NCBI GenBank assembly: GCA_964019335.1
Contig: OZ025701.1
Location: 124,001 to 188,000, forward strand
Length of the DNA stretch: 64,000 nt
Direction of reading: 5' to 3'
From: Diplonema japonicum
Taxonomy: Eukaryota > Protista > Euglenozoa: Diplonemea
A program made the translations under genes and the position numbers. This document shows, one piece after another, positions 47,982 to 59,036 of this stretch. The notes beneath the pieces are model-generated. The model did no database searches and had not been told where the DNA came from. It was given only the letters and a program-made list of their open reading frames with translations. Positions within the stretch are counted from its first letter, which is position 1, and each line of letters opens with the position of its first letter.

Positions 47982-49347
47982 GGCATCGTTTCAAACCCCC
48001 CCCCCCCAAAATGAGGCCAATTGACACTTTCAATATTTCTCTAAGTACTTTTTTCCAAAGAAAAAAAATTCTACAACTTTCCCGGCCCAGGTTAGGAAAA
48101 AAAACACCCCAGAAAATTGGAAAGTGAGTGTTACTAGTACCCAAAAAATTCAGTCCTAGGGGTAGAAATGGGTTTTTTCACTTTGCACAAATTCAGTAAA
48201 AGAGGGGGTGACAAAAATGGATGCTTTTAAACTTGCAGTTGAGAAGCTAGGGGTAAAAAAAAATGGTATTCGGACCGAGAAAGGGTAAATGGGAACACCT
48301 CGGCGATCAGGACACTCGCCACAGAGGTTCTTCAGGAGCTCAGTGGCAACGACTGTGCTGCACCAGTTTAGACGTAGTGTGTAAAGGGGAACTTTTAGCG
48401 GCACTTCTGCTATCATTTTCTGGTAGCCAACAAGACACCACACGGCGCCAATTGGTCAGAGGCATGAGGCTTGACCACATCACACATGATGAAATAAGGG
48501 CAGCTGGCCTTACTGTTGGAAAAGACTTGTTCCACAGTAGCATGGTCACAGAAAAAAATAAAGAAAGAAATAGAGTGGATACTCTGGACTGACGGTGGGT
48601 GTCACTTTCGTGCAAAGGAATTTTGCTACTTTGTTCTTTTTGGTCTTCGTTATGTCTATCCTGATCGGACGTTTTCCCTGTGGTTTCTGGGGGAGAAACA
48701 CGGCAAAAACAGCAGGGACAGCCACTTTGGTGTGCTCTCTCGTGTTTGGCTTTGGGTGCCTCGTTCCACAACAATTAAAACTGTGGAGAGAAAAGGCCCC
48801 CAGTCTATGAATCTTGTGATGAGTATGAGGACGTTCCTGATAGCCTTCCCGGACTTGAAAAACGAGAAAGAATAGTAACCAAATTACGAAAATACTTGAC
48901 ACCCCATGACAAGCCCAAAGCACCAAGTACACCTACGAATGAGCCTCTTAAAACCCCCCCAAAATGCGGTAGAAGGCCTAATAGTATGAAAAAGAAACGA
49001 GGTCGCCCACTCAGCAGCAGCACATCTCAGCCGCAGAAGACTAGGAAATGAAGGTTTCCACTTCCAACATCATTTCAGCCACCTTCTAGTAGTAGTTCCG
49101 CTATTTCTTGCTATTGAAAGCATACTCTCTGACTTTACCAAAACCACTAAAACCCGATTTTGACCCTAAAACTGAATTTTTCATAGGTCAAAATAGCACT
49201 CTTGAGCGATTTCTGACCCGGGTTCTTTCCTAATATGGGCCGGGAAATATGGAGAAATCTTTTTAAAGGGGATGGCATGCCCAAAGATGCAACGAAAGTG
49301 TCAATTGGCCTCATTTTTTTTTGGGGGGGGTTTTTTGAAATCGACCC
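47982..49347 (+). mobile_element. Internally deleted Sola-like DNA transposon with transposase remnant
   Basis: Long imperfect TIRs: AAAATGAGGCCAATTGACACTTTC and TTTCCCGGCCCA..TTAGGAAA are mirrored at both ends, with ATAT flanks. The + strand fragment 48516..48875 reads WTDGGCHF..WFLGEKHGKNSRDSHFG, resembling the Sola2-type DDE core (DG..HGK..D). Confidence 0.75.
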
Positions 49348-49398
49348 ATATATATTGTTTCTTGTTCAAGCAAAAAAAAAAGGGGGGGACAAGAAAAT

Positions 49399-50910
49399 TC
49401 AAACTCTTATTTTGAGTTTGAGCAGCTCGAGGCGAGCAGCAGTGCGGGAGTCATCCCGTGACCTGGCCAGGGATATTAAAGAGTCGAATGGTATACCAGC
49501 TTGGGCGAGAAAGGAAAACCTATCGAGTTTCGACGGTGACCGGTCAAAGAGTACAAAGGTGGGATCGGGGTGCGCACCTGACGCCACAAGCACCTTCGAC
49601 AAGTCCAGGTACCTGTAGTAGCACGCCACGCACAGTGGGGAGACACCCTTGGAGGTTGCATAGTTCACATCAGCACCTGCCTTGATAAGGTCCTGCGACA
49701 CAATGGTCCGACCCTTCTCGGCAGAGAGCAGTAATGGGGTCTTCTCGTTGGGCATGGCAACATTGACGTCAGCCCCCATGGCGACGAGGTAGCCCAGTGC
49801 TTGCCGTGATATGTATGTTGTCTTCATAAGCAGAAGCAAGGCTGTGTTGCCAGCGTGGTCAGCCGCGTTCACGTCGGAGGGGCTCAGCGCTCGTAATATC
49901 TCGATGCCCACAGCTGGTATCCCCACTGCGTGCATGAACGGCGTGCGGTCTGTGTCCCTGTCCCTCTTGTTCACATCGCCGCCATGCCGTTTCACCACCT
50001 CAATGGCCTCGCATCGCACGCCATACGACCCTGCCATGTGCGATAGCAACGACTTCGGCTGCGACGGTGGGAAGTGGTCGCACCCTGCTGCAAGCAACGC
50101 GTCCAGCACATCAGGCTCCCTGTTGACGGCCACCCATACAAGCGTTGAAAAACCCAAAGTGTGCGGGGTGAAACCAAGAGCGAGAAGCTGTTTAATACGC
50201 ACGGCGGTCGCTTTACGGACGATGACCTCCTGCACAGGGGGTGCATTGAGATCAGCACCGTACGCGAGGAGCAGCTGTGTGATGGCATCATGCGAACGAA
50301 GCAGAGCGGAGGCTCCTATGGGGTGCCGGGAGTCATGCGTTGAAGTGGCACTAACACCCGATGCCAGCAGCTGTGCAACAACCTCTTCGTCATTAAGCCG
50401 TATGCGGCGGAGGAGCGAGTGCGGGGTGCGCTTGACGCCTTTCTTGCGGAGGCTGTCACGGGCCACGATACACACCTTGGCATGTATCCTGACGTGGAAG
50501 TCATTCTCATGAAGACTGAGATCACTGAGAGACGACTCGTTGTCGTCCAGTAGGTCAGAACCACAGCACAAGTCATGCCGTGAGGGGTCGTAGGTGGAGT
50601 GTGTGCGCAAGGCGTACTTCAGTTGCCCTACTGTAGCGCACATTGGTACCTCGACGCAGTTGCCGCAGTCGTCCCCATCGATATCCACCCACACCTGCAT
50701 GCAGGGGGTGTCTTCGCTGGTCTCCTCGCTGCACTCGCCTATTGTTAAGTCCAAATCAACATCAGCGTCTTGGAGTGACAGAGATTCGCATGACATGCTG
50801 CCCCCCTCTTCCGTCTCTGTTTCGTCTCCCATCGAGTCCGTCTCAGCATAGCATCCCATCCTCAGCCCCGCGTCAAAGTAGTACAAGTCATCTAGTTCAC
50901 CGTAGTCCAT
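49399..50910 (-). CDS. Ubiquitin-like domain + ankyrin-repeat protein (503 aa)
   Basis: Ubl-like VEVPMCATVGQLK..LLDDNESSLSDLSL. Ankyrin repeats GADLNA, RTPFMHAV, GNTALLLL, GADVN..KTPLLLSA, GVSPLCVAC. Confidence 0.9.
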   Translation of the reverse strand: MDYGELDDLYYFDAGLRMGCYAETDSMGDETETEEGGSMSCESLSLQDADVDLDLTIGECSEETSEDTPCMQVWVDIDGDDCGNCVEVPMCATVGQLKYALRTHSTYDPSRHDLCCGSDLLDDNESSLSDLSLHENDFHVRIHAKVCIVARDSLRKKGVKRTPHSLLRRIRLNDEEVVAQLLASGVSATSTHDSRHPIGASALLRSHDAITQLLLAYGADLNAPPVQEVIVRKATAVRIKQLLALGFTPHTLGFSTLVWVAVNREPDVLDALLAAGCDHFPPSQPKSLLSHMAGSYGVRCEAIEVVKRHGGDVNKRDRDTDRTPFMHAVGIPAVGIEILRALSPSDVNAADHAGNTALLLLMKTTYISRQALGYLVAMGADVNVAMPNEKTPLLLSAEKGRTIVSQDLIKAGADVNYATSKGVSPLCVACYYRYLDLSKVLVASGAHPDPTFVLFDRSPSKLDRFSFLAQAGIPFDSLISLARSRDDSRTAARLELLKLKIRV

Positions 50911-51722
50911 TAGCTTCGCTGTCGGGGAAGAAATTGTTGTGGTATGTGAGGAAAAAGAATGAAAAAAAAAAATGCTGGAAAGGAGTGAGTGGGGAAGGGG
51001 GCAGGGCTTTTACACACTATTCTTTTTTTTTTTTTTTTTTTTTCCCCGCTTTTAAATGAAAAATATAAGAAAAAAACCACGCGCGCTTTTAAGCGGTGTA
51101 AAAAAAAAAGGGGGGGGGGAGAGGGGAAAGAAACAGTGCTTAACATAATGTAGAAAATAGAAATTTAAAAAAAAAGAAGGAAAAAAAAAAAACTGCATTT
51201 TGAAAGAAAAATAAAGAGGGGAGAAAGAAAAGGGACGTCATTTCTTCTTTTTTTTTCTCACGGTGAAGGAGGGGGGTTACAAATATGAAAGAGAAAAAAA
51301 AAAGCTGAAAAATAAATAACCGCAAGAGCATTACAATCGACCCGCGTCTCTCTTTTATCTTTTCTCCTTTTTTTTTTTCCCCTTCTTTTTTCTCTCTTCT
51401 CTCCTCCTCTCCCTTTGTGCTCTGCAGCTCAAGCACAAATTTAAAAAAAAAAAAAAAAAAGGGAATAGATATTTAATCTTTTCTCTTCATTTCTTTCTCT
51501 TTTCCCCCTTTTACTTCCACGCCCTCCTCTCTCTCTTTGTTAAAAACAAGAAATTCGAAAGCATAAAAAAAAAAAGATTTAAAAAAAAAAAGCCAAGCAA
51601 CTATATGGGGACGAAAATCTTTCTGCGGTAAAAGATAAAAAAAGGGTGGGGGGGGATGGAAAAAAAAAAACACTTTTTTTTTTCTTTTTTTTTTTTTTTC
51701 TTTCGTTCTCCCCGTATTAACT

Positions 51723-52021
51723 TTATTCCTTGAGCCAGAAATGTTGTGTTTTGTCAGTCTTGTCAGCGGTACCCGCCCTCAACATGGACCACCTTTGGTT
51801 CGTGTGTTCGATCACCTTTAAGGTTTCAGTTACGCTCTGGTACTCAGCGTTCTTAAGGAAAGTGTTTGGCGATGCCTCATCAGGGGTTTTCTTGTCCGTT
51901 GTCTTGTAGAATCTCAACCAGTTCACGATTCTGTCCACCAGGGCATCACCCTTAATAGCCTTGAGGGAGGCAATGTCATTGATCCGGCTTGAATCAGGGT
52001 CCTCCAGGGAGATGGCAATCA

Positions 52022-52054
<33 letters not shown>

Positions 52055-55000
52055 CAAATACCTTCCAGTCAGTCTCTCCCGAGTCCACCATAGCCAGCGA
52101 ACCAAGCACCTTCACTGGTACCACGGAACCCATTGGGTACGAGATCGATCCAATCTTTTTTTTTTTAAGAAAAGAGTGGGGAACATACCTCCATGACGTC
52201 CAAAGGATCGTTGTCCCCGAGGTTGCCTTCTTCGTCCCTCAAGCTTCCGTCCTCCCACGTCTGGGGGAACAGCCCGTTGTTGAAAAACGACATCCCGTAG
52301 GTGTAGTGCCTGGGGACTTTGTTCTTCACATCCTGCTTGATGGGGTTGAAGGGGAGTTCCTTCTGCACCTCGAACTTGGAGTTCGTTCCCTTGGGGAACT
52401 CCACAACCATGTTGAAGTGCTCCCCCGTCTTCAGGGGCACATCATGCCATGGAGAGATGGTCGCACCAGCTTCGTTCTACAGAAGATTTTTTTTTTTTTT
52501 TCGTTTTTCCATTTTCTATAAATTACACACCGTAAGGTAGACAGCGAAGAGCTCACCTGGAAGCCCCACCTTGGTGGCGTTGACCATCTTAGCCTGTTTC
52601 GCGATGGTGGGGATCTGCTTGGATTGCAGGACGGCATTGGCCTTCACCAAAGGCTCGTCCTTGCTTTTGTAGTACTCCCTCATGATCTTCCACCCAGAGG
52701 GAACCATGAACTTGGGAGGGACGCACTTAGGGTCCTCAGACCACGTGGCGGGGATGGCTTCAATGGAGTCGCAGACGTCGACCATCATGCGGCCCATCTG
52801 TCGCATCTTCGACCCGGAGATCTTCAAGAACCTGTTGTTGAATTCATCCTTCGTGATGCCAGCGGGCTTCGGCTTCATCTCACCGTCTGTCTTATCGTAG
52901 TGCACGGCACCAGATGCGAGCAGCCCAAGCTTGCCCATCCCGGGTGACACCTGCAGCACGTACCTCCCATGGTCAGGTTCGTAGACATCGTCACCCTTCT
53001 TCTGGTTGTGTGCTTGGGCGTACTCGTCGGAGTAAGAAAGACCCGCAGGGTCCCTCCCTACAATGAAGTAGTCAGCCCCTGCGACCCTACGTGACTTGGC
53101 ATGCCACTGCACCTGTGATGGGTGAAGAAAACGGTTGGTTTCTTTTTGTTTTACTTACCTCTGTCGGTCCAGAGTACACCATCGGAGATGGCCAGATGGC
53201 CAGCACTGTCCACGCCTTGTCAAGCATCCCCTCGTCAAGGACGGCCTGATGCTGTTTCACCCTGATGTCCAACGGCACGTCGTCGCTCTTCGTCCACCCA
53301 CCCAAAGGCGACAGCCACAGCACAGGGTTGCGGTACCCCTTCTCGAGGAGCTGTTTTGGTTGGTTTTGACATCTACTGTGTTACATACCTGCTTCCTGCC
53401 GTCCTTCATGAGGTGCGCGTGCCCAGCGTGTGTGGGGTTCCTAGTCTGGAATGCAAATACACCGTCGGCGCCCTTCTCCTTGAACTTCCTGATGAGTTCT
53501 TCAGGAGTCAGCCTCCACTGGTCGAGCCCGTCGTTGTATTTGATCCTCCTCACCTTGCTCAATTCACCGCCGAGGAGGTACTCGCCAGCCTCAATGATGT
53601 TCTCCTTGATGTACGGGTGGTGCAGGTCCCATGACCCCCACGACCTGGTGATCATCTCTTCCTTCCTGAAGGCGTAAACTTCAGGGTCGTCAAGGATGGC
53701 AACGGGCTCACCTGCAGGGGACACAAGCACGAGTTGGACCTTGCCGCCCTTCTTCTGTGCCCTGTTGATGAGCATCTTCGTGTGCGAACTCACAGGGATA
53801 GCGATGGGCACAGGCATGCTGACCCTCTCCCCGTTGTGCACCATCCTTGCCGCACCTTTGCTGTCGCCGAAGTCGGTGCCTGCAGGTCCAGGGCCGTGAC
53901 CGCTGCTGCCACCACCGTTGTCCCCAGAAGGATCGACAAGCATGGAGTTAAAGTGCAGAGCCTGCACCAAGGCACTCTCTCTCATGGGGCCCTTCAATGG
54001 GGCCGCCCAGCCTTCACCGATGACCTGTACCCACTGCACATCAACGTCCCTGATGGTCACAGGCTGCAGTATGGTCACGGTGTCGGACTTCCAGAACTCT
54101 TCATTCTCTTCAATCACGTTGGGAGGGGTTGTGCCATCGGGGTAGCCATCCGCGTGGCCCATGGCCTCTTCGCCGGGTTGCTTCTCATGGTGCTTGTTGG
54201 TCTCCGCAGCTTTCGGGCAGTCCACAGGAGCGCCGATCTGCTGGGGTGACTTCTTGTTGGTGTTGATAACCTTCTTGGCGATGAGTTCGTCTCTGAGCTG
54301 ATCGACGCACGCATTGATGCACTGCTCGAGGATGGGAGGGCAGTGGTCCTGGAACTTAGTCTTGACAGGGAGGTTCTTGGCCTCGGATTTGCAGGTCTTC
54401 AGACGTTCTTCGGCTGCGGTGTTCTCGCAGCAAGTGCCGGTGTTGAGGGTAATCTCAGGTTTGAGGGGCTTTTCATAAGGGGCGTCGATGCCTGTCATGC
54501 CCTTGATCTTCCCTTCACGGACCTTCTTGTAGAGGCCTTTGGGGTCGCGCTCCTCGGCGACGGAGATGTCGACCTTGACGAAGACCTCGATGAAAGGGAT
54601 GCGCAGTCTTTCGTGGACCTCCCTGGCGGTGTCCCGGTCCTTGCGGTAGGGCGAGATCAGGGAAACGAGGGAAAGGGTGCCGGAGTCGGCCATCATGAGG
54701 GACACCTCATAAGCCCTGCGAACAGCTTCCGCACGATCCTCGGCGGAGAGACGGAGGTCCTTGGAGAGCCCGAACCTCAGGTTGTCACCGTCAAGACGGT
54801 ACATGTGAACAGAGTCATCGAGGACAAGGCGTCGCTCAAGAGCCTTGCCGATGGTGGATTTCCCTGAACCGGAGAGACCTGTCATCCAAAGAGTTGCGCC
54901 AGGCTGGCCGACAGCCCGGATACGGTCGGTGTGGTTGATGGCATCGAAGGTATCGAAGAAGATATCCTGTGACGCCTTTACAAGCACCTGGCTCCTGAGC

Positions 55001-55197
55001 TGCCCCATGGTCGGGCAGTCGCCACGTGTCTGCACCGACTTCCCGCTGTCCTTGAACATCAGCATCATGAGCACTGCCATGCCGCAGATCACCATCATGA
55101 TTATCTTTGTGTTACCTTGCGTCATCCCTGCTTTAGCCTCCGAGATTCCCCCGTTTACCTGTCTTTTATTATAAAGGTCTGGTCGTCTGGCGCTCAT
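51723..55197 (-). CDS. PAPSS: Trifunctional APS kinase-ATP sulfurylase-inorganic pyrophosphatase (PAPS synthase) with N-terminal TM anchor (1087 aa); introns 53351..53388, 53113..53158, 52477..52530, 52155..52188, 52023..52061
   Basis: APS kinase: [28 protein letters not shown] sulfurylase: [48 protein letters not shown]. Family I PPase: [29 protein letters not shown]. All join in one spliced frame. Confidence 0.92.
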
Positions 55198-56150
55198 GGT
55201 TGTCGCCTGTGTTGGGGGGTGAATTAGGTGATTTCTTTTTTTTGCGTAAATTGGGGGGGGGGGGGGAATGGAAATATATAATATTAAGGGTCCCTGCTTT
55301 GAGTCCCTTCAAAATAAAAATAAAAATAAGATAACGTCAGAAGGTAGTCTTTGCGGTCGAGATATTTGAAAGACGAAACGGAGTAGGAAGGGTTTGGGGG
55401 GGGGGGGGGGGGAAGGGGAAGGAAGAAAAATATCTTCATCTCTTGTTTCTTGTTTTCTTGTTTTTGTTTTCTTTTTCTTCCTTTCTACCCTTTTTTTTTT
55501 GCTTGAAGAAACGAGAAAGAAGGAGGGAAACCCGAGTCAAAAGCTTTATGCACACACGAAATCTGCATTGTCAACTGGCGTTTCTTTTCCCCTCTCCTTT
55601 CTTCTTTTTTTCTCTTTTTTTTTTTTCTTTTTCCCCTGCTTGAAGGCCACCTTGATCAAGTATTATTTTTATTTATTCCTTTTTGAACACAAACTAAATA
55701 ATTTGCTTACATTTATGAAATGAAAAAACAAAATTCCCCACTATCCTCACTCCCCCCCTAAAAAAACCTTTAGGGAAGAAGGGGGGAAACGAAAAAAAAA
55801 GAGAAAAAAAAACCAGTCTTTGCGTTAAAAAAAAAAAAAGAAAATGTATTGGGTTTCACCCTTTGTTCCAGTGCTTTTTTTTTACAGGGGAAAACCCCAC
55901 TTGAAGACCACCCTCAGGGGGCGGTGGGGTCTATCACTGATGTCCCCTATAATATAAATGAGGCGTTTGAGCGTGAAAAACTTTTCAAAATAAAAAAACT
56001 TTTTTTTTCTCAGACATTAGTCCGAAGAGAAGGCGTGCGTTTCATGTTGCAGCAGAGAACAGAAAAAAAAAAGGGGGGAAAAAAAAATGGTTCATACAAG
56101 GGGGAAAAAAAAAGGGATCGGAACCGAAAAAAAGGAAGAAGAAAGAAGGG

Positions 56151-56183
<33 letters not shown>

Positions 56184-56372
56184 AAGAGCGAGAGAGTATA
56201 GCTTTTGCTTTTTTATTTTCTTTCATTTTCTTTTTTTTTTTTCATTCTCTTCCCCCCGCCCCCCTCCTCCATCCTTCCGAATTTCTTTCCCCCCCCATTA
56301 TATTTCTGCTCTGCAAGAAGGGAAAAAAAAAAGTCCACGCATTGAAATTCGTCATATAACAAAACACCACAT

Positions 56373-58545
56373 CTAGTACCCAGCGCCAGGTGTGGCGCCA
56401 GTGATGATGGCGATACCTGAAGAGGTACCGATACGGGAGATTCCTGCCGCCATGTATTTCTTGGCAATGGGGAGGGTCTTCACGCCCCCTGATGCTTTGA
56501 CAAGGCAGGTGTCGCCGACGGTGGCCTTCATGATATCAACAGCCTCGGGGGTGGCACCGCCAGTGGAGAAACCAGTAGAGGTCTTCACGAAAACAGCCCT
56601 TGCCATGGCTGAGAGGATGCTTGCATCTATGATCTGTTCCTGGGTGAGGAGGCAGGTCTCGAAGATGACCTTCACGATGGCACGGTTCTTGCACGCGGCC
56701 ACGACTGTCGCAATGTCTTCAAACACTTCCTCGTACTTCCCTTCCATGAGCTTCCCGATGTTGAGCACCATATCTATCTCGGTCGCTCCCGCTGCCACTG
56801 CTGCTGATGTCTCTTTGCCCTTTGACCTGGTGTCCATCGCTCCCAAGGGGAAGCCCACCACGCTTGCTACCTCCACCCCTGTCCCTTGCAGCATGTCCGC
56901 TGCCTCCTTCACTCTGCTGCTGTTCACGCACACAGCGTAGAACTTGTTCTTTTTCGCTTCGTCGCACAGCTTTTCAATCTCCTTCGACGATGCCGTCGCC
57001 TTCAGCAGCGTGTGGTCGATGTACTGCCTCACGTCACCCATCTTCTGCGGGGGAAGCTTCCCATCGCCCCTCAAGTGCGGCAGCACGTCCAGCACGTCCT
57101 CGGTGCCTGTTTGGTTTTTATCTTCTTTCCAAAGGTTTTGGCATACCAATGCACAGCTCTTTTGACATAGCGTGCACCCTCTTCATGATAGTCTTCTTCA
57201 TCTTACCCTGCGCGCCGGGGAGGAGCGTGAAGTCCTCAGCCTCGCCCGTCTTCTTCGCAGGGGTGGCGGACATAGTAATGGGGCCCTCGTGCTTGAAGAG
57301 GCCAGGGCGCTCCTTAACGAACTGGCGCCAGGCTTTGCGAAGGGCGGTTTCCCTGTGGTGGGGTGGTGTGGTGCTTAAAGGCATACTCCTCGTGGGTAAC
57401 GTCACGTTGCGGGCTGCGCATGCCTCCGAACTCGAGGTTAAGACGCTCACTGAGGAAGATCTTTGTTGCGGCGGTCATCTGCCACAACCCGCAGATCTTC
57501 GAGAACATCGCAAACCACTCCCTGCCGGTCTGCTGCTCCTTGTTCGCCTGTAAAAAAAAGAAAGCACAAATAATTAATCAAAAACCAACACGACCCATAC
57601 CTCTTCGAACTTCCCTGAGCTGAAAGCACGGACCATCCTGTTCCACACGGGGCCGATGGAGCTGAATCCGATGGCGATGTGCGCAGTAACACCCAGCGGG
57701 AGGCACGACGTGGTCATCCCTTCGAATCCGTTCAAGATATCGAATTCGGTGCCCACCTTCTTCCCGAAGTCAAGGGTGTCGCCGAGGTCCCACATGTTCG
57801 TTGAGGTGAACTTGGCGCCGCGGAGCGTGGGGACAACGGGGTGGAGGGCTTTCATAATGTCGGCCATGGGGAAGGCGACACCTGTGATGTCGGGGAAGTG
57901 GTAGTACAGGAAGGGTGTGTTGGGTGCCTCGGCAGCGACCTGCTTGGTGTAGTCCACAAGGAGGTCGATGGAGGCGGGTTTGAAGAAGCTAGGCGCCATG
58001 GAGGAGATAGCGGCCGCACCGACATCTTCGGCATGCCTTGCGAGTTCCTTGCTGTCCTCAAGCGACTGCGCACCGATGTGCGCCAGAACGATGAGGTTGT
58101 GCTTCTTACCAGCCTTGATCCAGGCCTCGAGAAGAACCTTCCTCTCGGCAACTGACATGGACATCGACATGCCTGCGGTGCCTGCCACGAACACACCGGT
58201 CATCCCGTCCTTGGCAAGAAGCCCAGCGTAGGCGTCGATCACATCCACGTTGATGCTGTCGTCCTCAAGGGGAGACACAACCGCGCAGAACAGACCCTTG
58301 AAGAGCTTCTTGGTCCATTGGGGGCCCTTCTGCCTCTTGGGTGTCCTTGGTGTCATGGGCATAGCCAGCCTCTTAGCGACAGGCTCCTCCTTGTTCCACA
58401 GCGACCTCTTCAACTTTGTTGAATACCTCATCTCTTCCCCATTTGACACCACACCATTGTCACTGACCTGCCTCACATTGATAGGGGTCATGGCCATCAA
58501 CTCCGCCGCCTCCTGCCACGTGGTGGGCTGTCTCCTTACTGACAT
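56373..58545 (-). CDS. Fusion of N-acetylneuraminate lyase/DHDPS-family aldolase and deoxyribose-phosphate aldolase (681 aa); introns 57548..57600, 57353..57386, 57107..57146
   Basis: N domain: GVFVAGTAG, ERK, APSFFKP, FLYYHFP, GAKFTS. C domain: IDHTLLK, VVGFPLG, EIDMVLN, KVIFET, FVKTSTGF, VKASGG, RIGTSSG. Three GTATG..ACAG introns give one continuous frame. Confidence 0.85.
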
Positions 58546-58686
58546 TATCTTACCTTGCTTGTAATATCCTGGAATCAAATGTTTTGTTGCTATGCGGGAG
58601 GAAGGAACAAAACAAAAAACAAAAAAAGAAAGACAACCACCTTTAACGAGAAGAAGAAAAAACAAGAGGGAAAACAAAAAAACAGA

Positions 58687-58895
58687 TCACAGCTGGAGCA
58701 AAAACCACTCTTTCTTCTTCCCACCCGGCGCACCAGGCTGTGCGGGGCCTTGTTGTCCTGGCGCTGCCTGGGGCGCGATCGGAGCTGGTATCGGAGGCCC
58801 TTGCTGCATCGGTGTAACTGGTTGTTGCTGCACTACCTGTATTATTGAATTGAGGCATCATTTCACCAGCATACCTTCTGCACCTGACCCACCAT
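58687..58895 (-). CDS. Small Pro/Gln-rich protein (56 aa); intron 58837..58874
   Basis: MVGQVQK|VVQQQPVTPMQQGPPIPAPIAPQAAPGQQGPAQPGAPGGKKKEWFLLQL*, via a 38-nt GTATGC..TACAG phase-0 intron. Not in the ORF track. Confidence 0.5.
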
Positions 58896-59036
58896 TAGTG
58901 TAATGTCGTGTTACGTGACGTGGTTATATGTAAGGACCACCACCTGTATAGCTATGCAGAGGGGAAGGGAGGGCGATACTAATCGGATGTACTGGGGAGA
59001 AAGGGTTCAAATTAGTTAATTAGAAGTGTATTAAAA

